Part shown: piece by piece, positions 1 to 64,000 of the stretch
Numbering within the stretch: the first letter of the stretch is position 1
Layout of the letters: each line of letters opens with the position of its first letter
Source of the DNA: the human T2T-CHM13v2.0 reference genome, Homo sapiens
Assembly: GCF_009914755.1 (NCBI RefSeq)
Contig: NC_060943.1
Strand: one strand, 5' to 3'
Length of the DNA stretch: 64,000 nt
The notes under the pieces: model-generated
The model's input: only the letters and a program-made list of their open reading frames with translations
Told to the model about the DNA's origin: nothing
Database searches by the model: none
Program-made: the position numbers and the translations under genes

Positions 1-612
1 CCCTGATCTCATTCAGGGGCCAGCAGCCATGTGCCCTGGAGATCTGTGCTTCTCTGTGGTCCCAGCCAGCCAGTCATGGGCATTCCAGTTTCTGAGCCTG
101 GGAATGGCTTTGGAATGGGCATGTGATGCAATGCTGGGAGCAGCTGCAGCCATTTTGCCACCATGAGGGGTGCAGCCATGTGCCAAGGGAGGGAATACCC
201 AGGGATGGAAGGAAAAAAACGAGCCCCAGTGCACTATGGGGCTGCTGAATTAGCCAACCATAGCACCTCCCCAGCCCTGCAGTGTGAGCTGATGTTCAGA
301 ATTGCTCTCCAGCCCGTTTTCTGTTGTTTTCAGCCAAAAACATCTCTGTTATGTGGCCTGTCCCTCATCCACCCCATCTCCCTTGCCCTGCTTTTGCAGG
401 TGCCACCCTGAGTAAGAGCTGGCAAGGCCAGGGAATGAATGCATGAACAAATGAAGGAGAGAAGCACAGGATGGAAGCCAGGAGGCCATGAGGGATGAAA
501 ACCAAAATTGTCAGGAGAGGAAACTTCGCAAATTCAGGATCAATGAATAAGCTGTCTTCAAAATCAAGTGGCTCTAGGCTCTTTATATGAACCACAAAAA
601 TGGGATGCATTA

Positions 613-837
613 GCCTGCCCGCCTGCCCGCCTGCCTGCCTTCCTTCCTTCCTTCCTTCCCTCCCTCCCTCTTCCTTTCTTCTTTCTCTCTTTTCTTTCTT
701 TTTCTTTCTTTCTTTCTCTTTCTCTCTCTCCTTCCTTTTTCTCTCTCTCTTTTCTTTCCTACTTTTCTTTCTTGATTTTCTTTCTTCTCTCTCTCTCCCT
801 CCCTCCCTTCCTCTCTCTCTCTCTCTTGCTTTCTTGC

Positions 838-840
<3 letters not shown>
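613..840. repeat. Polypyrimidine (CCTG/CCTT/CT)n tract
   Basis: Direct inspection. Confidence 0.9.
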
Positions 841-1674
<834 letters not shown>

Positions 1675-2594
1675 TTAGCCAGGAGACCCCATGGCTCCCA
1701 GGCTCATCCCCACCCCATTACCAGCTATGCACACTGCAACCAGGGGGAAACTCCATGCATTTTGGGCACGGCAGGGAAAGGAGGCAAGGACAGAACCAAG
1801 CCAGCTGTGTGCTGGGAATTGTGGAATTCCCATGGTCTAGCATACTGTGCTCTCTACTTTCCCACTGTAAAACGCAAACAGGATAAATGTTATCAAGTGA
1901 TAAAAAGAAATGAGCTCTCAGCCGGATTCAGTGGCCCATACTTGTAATCCTAACACCTTGGGAGGCTGAGGCAGGAGGATCAGTTGAGGCCAGGAGTTTG
2001 AAACCAGCCTGGGCAACATAGTGAGACCCTGTTATTCATAAACAAACACACAAATAAATAAAAAATGAGTGTGTGAGTGAACTCTAATGTAGATTATGAA
2101 CCTTAGTTCATAACGTTTTGATGCCGGTCCATCAATTGTAACAAATACAGCACACTAATACAAGATGCCTATCACATGGGAAGCTGTGTATGGGGGTGTA
2201 GAGGTGTATGGGAACTCTGTTCTATTTACTCAATTTTTCTGGAAACCTAGAACTCTTCTAAAAAGTAAGATCTATGGCCGGGCGAGGTGGCTCATGCCAG
2301 CAGTGTTTGGGAGGCAGAGGTGGAGGATCGGCTGAGGCCAGGAGCTTGAGACCAGCCTGGGCAACACAGCAACACCTGGTCTCTACTGAAATTCAAAAAA
2401 ATTAGCTGGGCATGGTAGTGCATGCCTGTGGTCCCAGCTGCTTGCGGGGCTGAGGCGGAAAAATTGCTTGAGCCCAGAAAATCAAGGCTGCTGTGAGCCC
2501 TGATTGTGCCACCGCACTCTAGCCTGGGAAACAGAGCGAGATCTTGTCTCAAAAAAAATTAGTTAAAATAAATAATAAAAAGTAAAGTCTAATG

Positions 2595-3725
<1,131 letters not shown>

Positions 3726-3794
3726 CTTGGAGCCCAGGCACGGTGGCTCACACCTGTAATCTCAGCACTTTGGGAGGCTGAGGTGGGCAGATCA

Positions 3795-4470
<676 letters not shown>

Positions 4471-5008
4471 CATCTCTCACAGGGTCTTTCTCCTGCACTG
4501 GGCAGCGAGGACCTGGAGGTAGGAACCATGTGTTCCTTTTTCCCCCAGGATGAAGACCAGAGCCTAGCTCACTCAATGAATAAATGAATGAATGTGCGTT
4601 GAGTATAAGGGAACCCATCTAGAACAGATCCCAAGTTTTCAGGCTCCCTGGCAGGATCTTGGAGCCTTATGGTAAGTAGTTAGGGGAGGTGCTAACAGGA
4701 CGGCACTGCACTGAGTGTACCACATGCTTATCCCATGGATCCAGGTTCTTAGAGGGATGTGTGGTAAGGAAACAGGCTCAGAGAGGTTGATCATCGGGTC
4801 TAAGGCCACACAGCTCACATGAGACAGAGCTGAGGTTTGTCCAGCTTCGGGGTGGGTGCTGCTGCCACTGCCCTGCGCTCACTGCCTCCTTGTCCTACAG
4901 GGTCCCCAGGAAGACGTCCATGTTTGGAGACCAACAGGAATGTTTCAGGAGGTGAGAGGGGACCTGGAAGCTGCTGACTTCCATGCACACAGTGAAATTT
5001 GATTTTTC

Positions 5009-5690
<682 letters not shown>

Positions 5691-6715
5691 GGTCCAATGC
5701 GTCACAACTTGCTAATCCTGGCTGGTGGAGGCCTCCTAGGGGCTGCTGGGGCTCAGCCAGCTTTTGGAGAGTGACTCAGTGGCTTTAGCTGTCCCTGGGG
5801 TGGGCGGGGCCTCTGCTTGCTAAGACGTGATTGGGGCCTTGCGTTATCAGCTGTCGGCAAGGCAGGGCCCTGGGACTAGAGCTGGGACAGTGTGGATGAG
5901 CTCCTGGGGCTGGGGGAGGCTGGGTGAGTCGCCAACCCTGGGCCCCTCTGGAGCTAGGTAAGTGATGCTGCCCATGGCAGGAAGTACTCAGCCACATGTC
6001 CCCACTCCCTGGGATCCTGGCACTGTGACTGTGCAGTGGACACTCTGTTGGACTAAAGACAGGGCAGTTTCCACGCTCACAGCTGCTGTCGGCACTACCA
6101 GGGTGGCAATCTCCGAGAAGGAGTCCGGCGATGGGTACAGGAGTTGGAAAGTGACTCACAGTCTCAGGTGAACCCCATGATGATGCCAAGAACTGCAATA
6201 GCCTGAGGATATCAGGAAAACAAGACCCAGGTGTGCCCGGCCTCCCAGGGGCCCTCCCTGCCCTGGTCTCCTCCCTGCAGTTACCACAGAAACAAGATCC
6301 CAGGCTGCTCCTGCACACAGCACACCCCAGCCTCAAGGTGCTGGTCTGGCCTCTGACCCCTCTGCCCTGCCATCTCCTCCTGCTCCAGTCACCGCTATTC
6401 CTGAGTCCTGGGAGCTTGAGGAAGCCCAGGGCATCCAGGGCTCACTCCCAAGGGGCCAGAGAGCAGGGCATGGAGTCTTGCTCACTGTGGTAACAGCAGC
6501 AGAAACAGGAATGGTTACGATCACCAGCTCTGCACTGGCCCCAAGCCCCAACCTCCATCTCTGGAGCTGGGACCACCACAGTCTTTACTTCCCAGCTGTG
6601 TTCCCTGTCATCCGGGGATCAGGCGCCAAGTGATCTGGTCACACTGCATTGGATGTGAGGCCATGGCGTCGGGCGGGGAGCCTCAGAGGCAATGCCCAGG
6701 GCGGTGGGGACTCAC

Positions 6716-62451
<55,736 letters not shown>

Positions 62452-63434
62452 CTGAGGTGAGCAAAAGTAGAGAGAGGTGGTGAATTCTCCGCATCCGACA
62501 TGCAACCTCAGCCATTCAGGCTCTGCCCCAATTTGCCCTGCGCTATGCTCCTGTCTACGCATTGAGACAGTCTGCATCTTTGGTTTTGAGATGCCCTTCC
62601 CAGGCTACATCCTCAGTCAATGCTGACTCTTTCTATTGACTCAGCTCTAGGGTCACCATGGGCTCCTACAGAGCAGGCTGGAATTTGCCTAGAATCATCC
62701 TCTCTGCCGGGGAACATGGTCCCTGCTCCCTGACCAGCCCTCTGCTTCCTCCGCGGACACCAAAACCACCTTGGCTTGTCCAGGCAGCACCACTGCAGCT
62801 CCCCAATATGCCCCTGACCTCCAGTCCCTCCCTCTGATTGGCTCTGTCTTGCTGGGGCCTGGGGCCAGCAGACCTGGGCAGCCATTATTTGCTGACTTGA
62901 ACCGAGTTCATACTGCCTTCCCTGTGGGTAAATGATCCTTAAAGGATAGAGGATCTTAGAAGCCTGTCCAGGCACTCCCAAATACTCTACGGCAAGAGAA
63001 TGAGGGTAGAAAGGCTCCCAGTTCCAGAATGGGCCATCTGTCAGCTGGTTCTGTGCAGAGCTCAGAGCAGCCAGTGGACAGGGATGGTAGGGGAAAGCGG
63101 GGACACAAGGAAACTCATGGGCAACAGGAGGAAGTGGGTACCCAATCGGCCTTGGGGTTCAAATCTTGGCTCTGGCCCCTACTAGGCAATGGGAAAGTCC
63201 CTGAAACCCCCACCCCCAAGTCACAGCCCATTCATCTGCAGATGGACACAGTGGAACCACCACCATCCCAGGCTGCAGTGGGGTTAAATGGGGACAGATT
63301 GTGGGGAGTTCCAAGCCCAGGGCTGGCCCTGGACAAGGATTCCAGGGAGACATAAAGTCCCTGTTATTTCACCCAGAAGAGAAGAGAAGACCAAGAGGGT
63401 GAAGGTGCACCATGCCCAAAGCAGGACTCTGGCC

Positions 63435-63625
63435 AGCAGTTCTCAGCCAAGGCAATTCTGCTACCCAGGGGATGCTGGCAATATCTGCGGATGTTTTTTG
63501 GTCATCACTGCTGGAGGGGATGCTACTGGCTTCCGGTGAATAGAAGCCAGAGATGCTATTCAGCATCCTACAGTGCATGGGATGGTCCCAAATGTTGACA
63601 GTGCAGAGGGTGAGAAAGCCTGCCT
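63435..63625. mobile_element. MER20-like element
   Basis: cagttctcagcc...ggcaatatctg...gccagagatgcta...tacagtgca. Confidence 0.65.
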
Positions 63626-63644
63626 AAGAAGGAGGGATCTTCTC

Positions 63645-64000
63645 TGTCTGTCTATCTATCCATCCATCCATCTATCCACTCATCTTTCTATCTATCCATC
63701 CATCCATCTCTTCATCCATCCACCATCTACCCATCCATCCACTCACCCACCATCCACCCTTCCCTCTATTCATCAACCATCCATCATCCACCCATCCAAC
63801 CATCCACCCATCCCTCTATTCATCATCCATCATCCACCCACCCACCATCCATCCATTTATCCATCCATCATCCACCCACCCATCCACCATCCAATCATCT
63901 ATCCATCTGTTCATCCATCCATCTGTTCATCCATCCATCATCCACTCATCCACCCACCCCACTATCCATCCATCTATTCTTCCATCCATCATCCCCCATT
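63645..64000. repeat. (TCCA)n repeat
   Basis: Direct inspection; runs off the window end. Confidence 0.9.

Noticed and set aside
480-610. Minus-strand peptide ...DFEDSLFIDPEFAK..., faintly like the next expected TED exon (WLTAFV...FIFVDP)
   Set aside because: It lacks the WLTAFV motif and has no fitting phase-2 acceptor/donor pair. The next exon probably lies beyond the window start.

Overview
Primate, almost certainly human, genomic DNA. The window is the middle of CPAMD8, a thioester protein gene of the alpha-2-macroglobulin/C3 family, on the minus strand. I reconstructed 13 consecutive coding exons (62451 down to 6716, 2044 nt, about 681 codons). All have GT-AG boundaries and compatible phases. 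They encode the RRRR furin site, the bait-like region with FPETWIW, the inserted farnesoic-acid-O-methyltransferase-like (Methyltransf_FA) domain and the GCGEQ thioester motif. The gene continues beyond both ends of the window. The rest is intron: dozens of Alus (only a selection listed), a full-length but dead L1PA antisense to the gene, older L1 fragments, MaLR/ERVL LTRs, MER DNA transposons, and several mini- and microsatellites. Nearly all other ORF-track entries are repeat artefacts. I see no new multi-gene system. The best candidate for something undescribed is the intronic L1's antisense ORF0. It keeps its ATG, an open frame and the second splice donor, and that donor is in phase with the next CPAMD8 acceptor, predicting an in-frame ORF0-CPAMD8 fusion. 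Other notable structures: a 91-bp inverted templated insertion in an Alu, a local duplication bracketing the furin exon, a 53-bp repeat carrying U1-complementary donors around an intronic polyA signal, a perfect 100-bp palindrome, and a head-to-head Alu fusion. Repeat subfamily calls and repeat ends are by eye and approximate.
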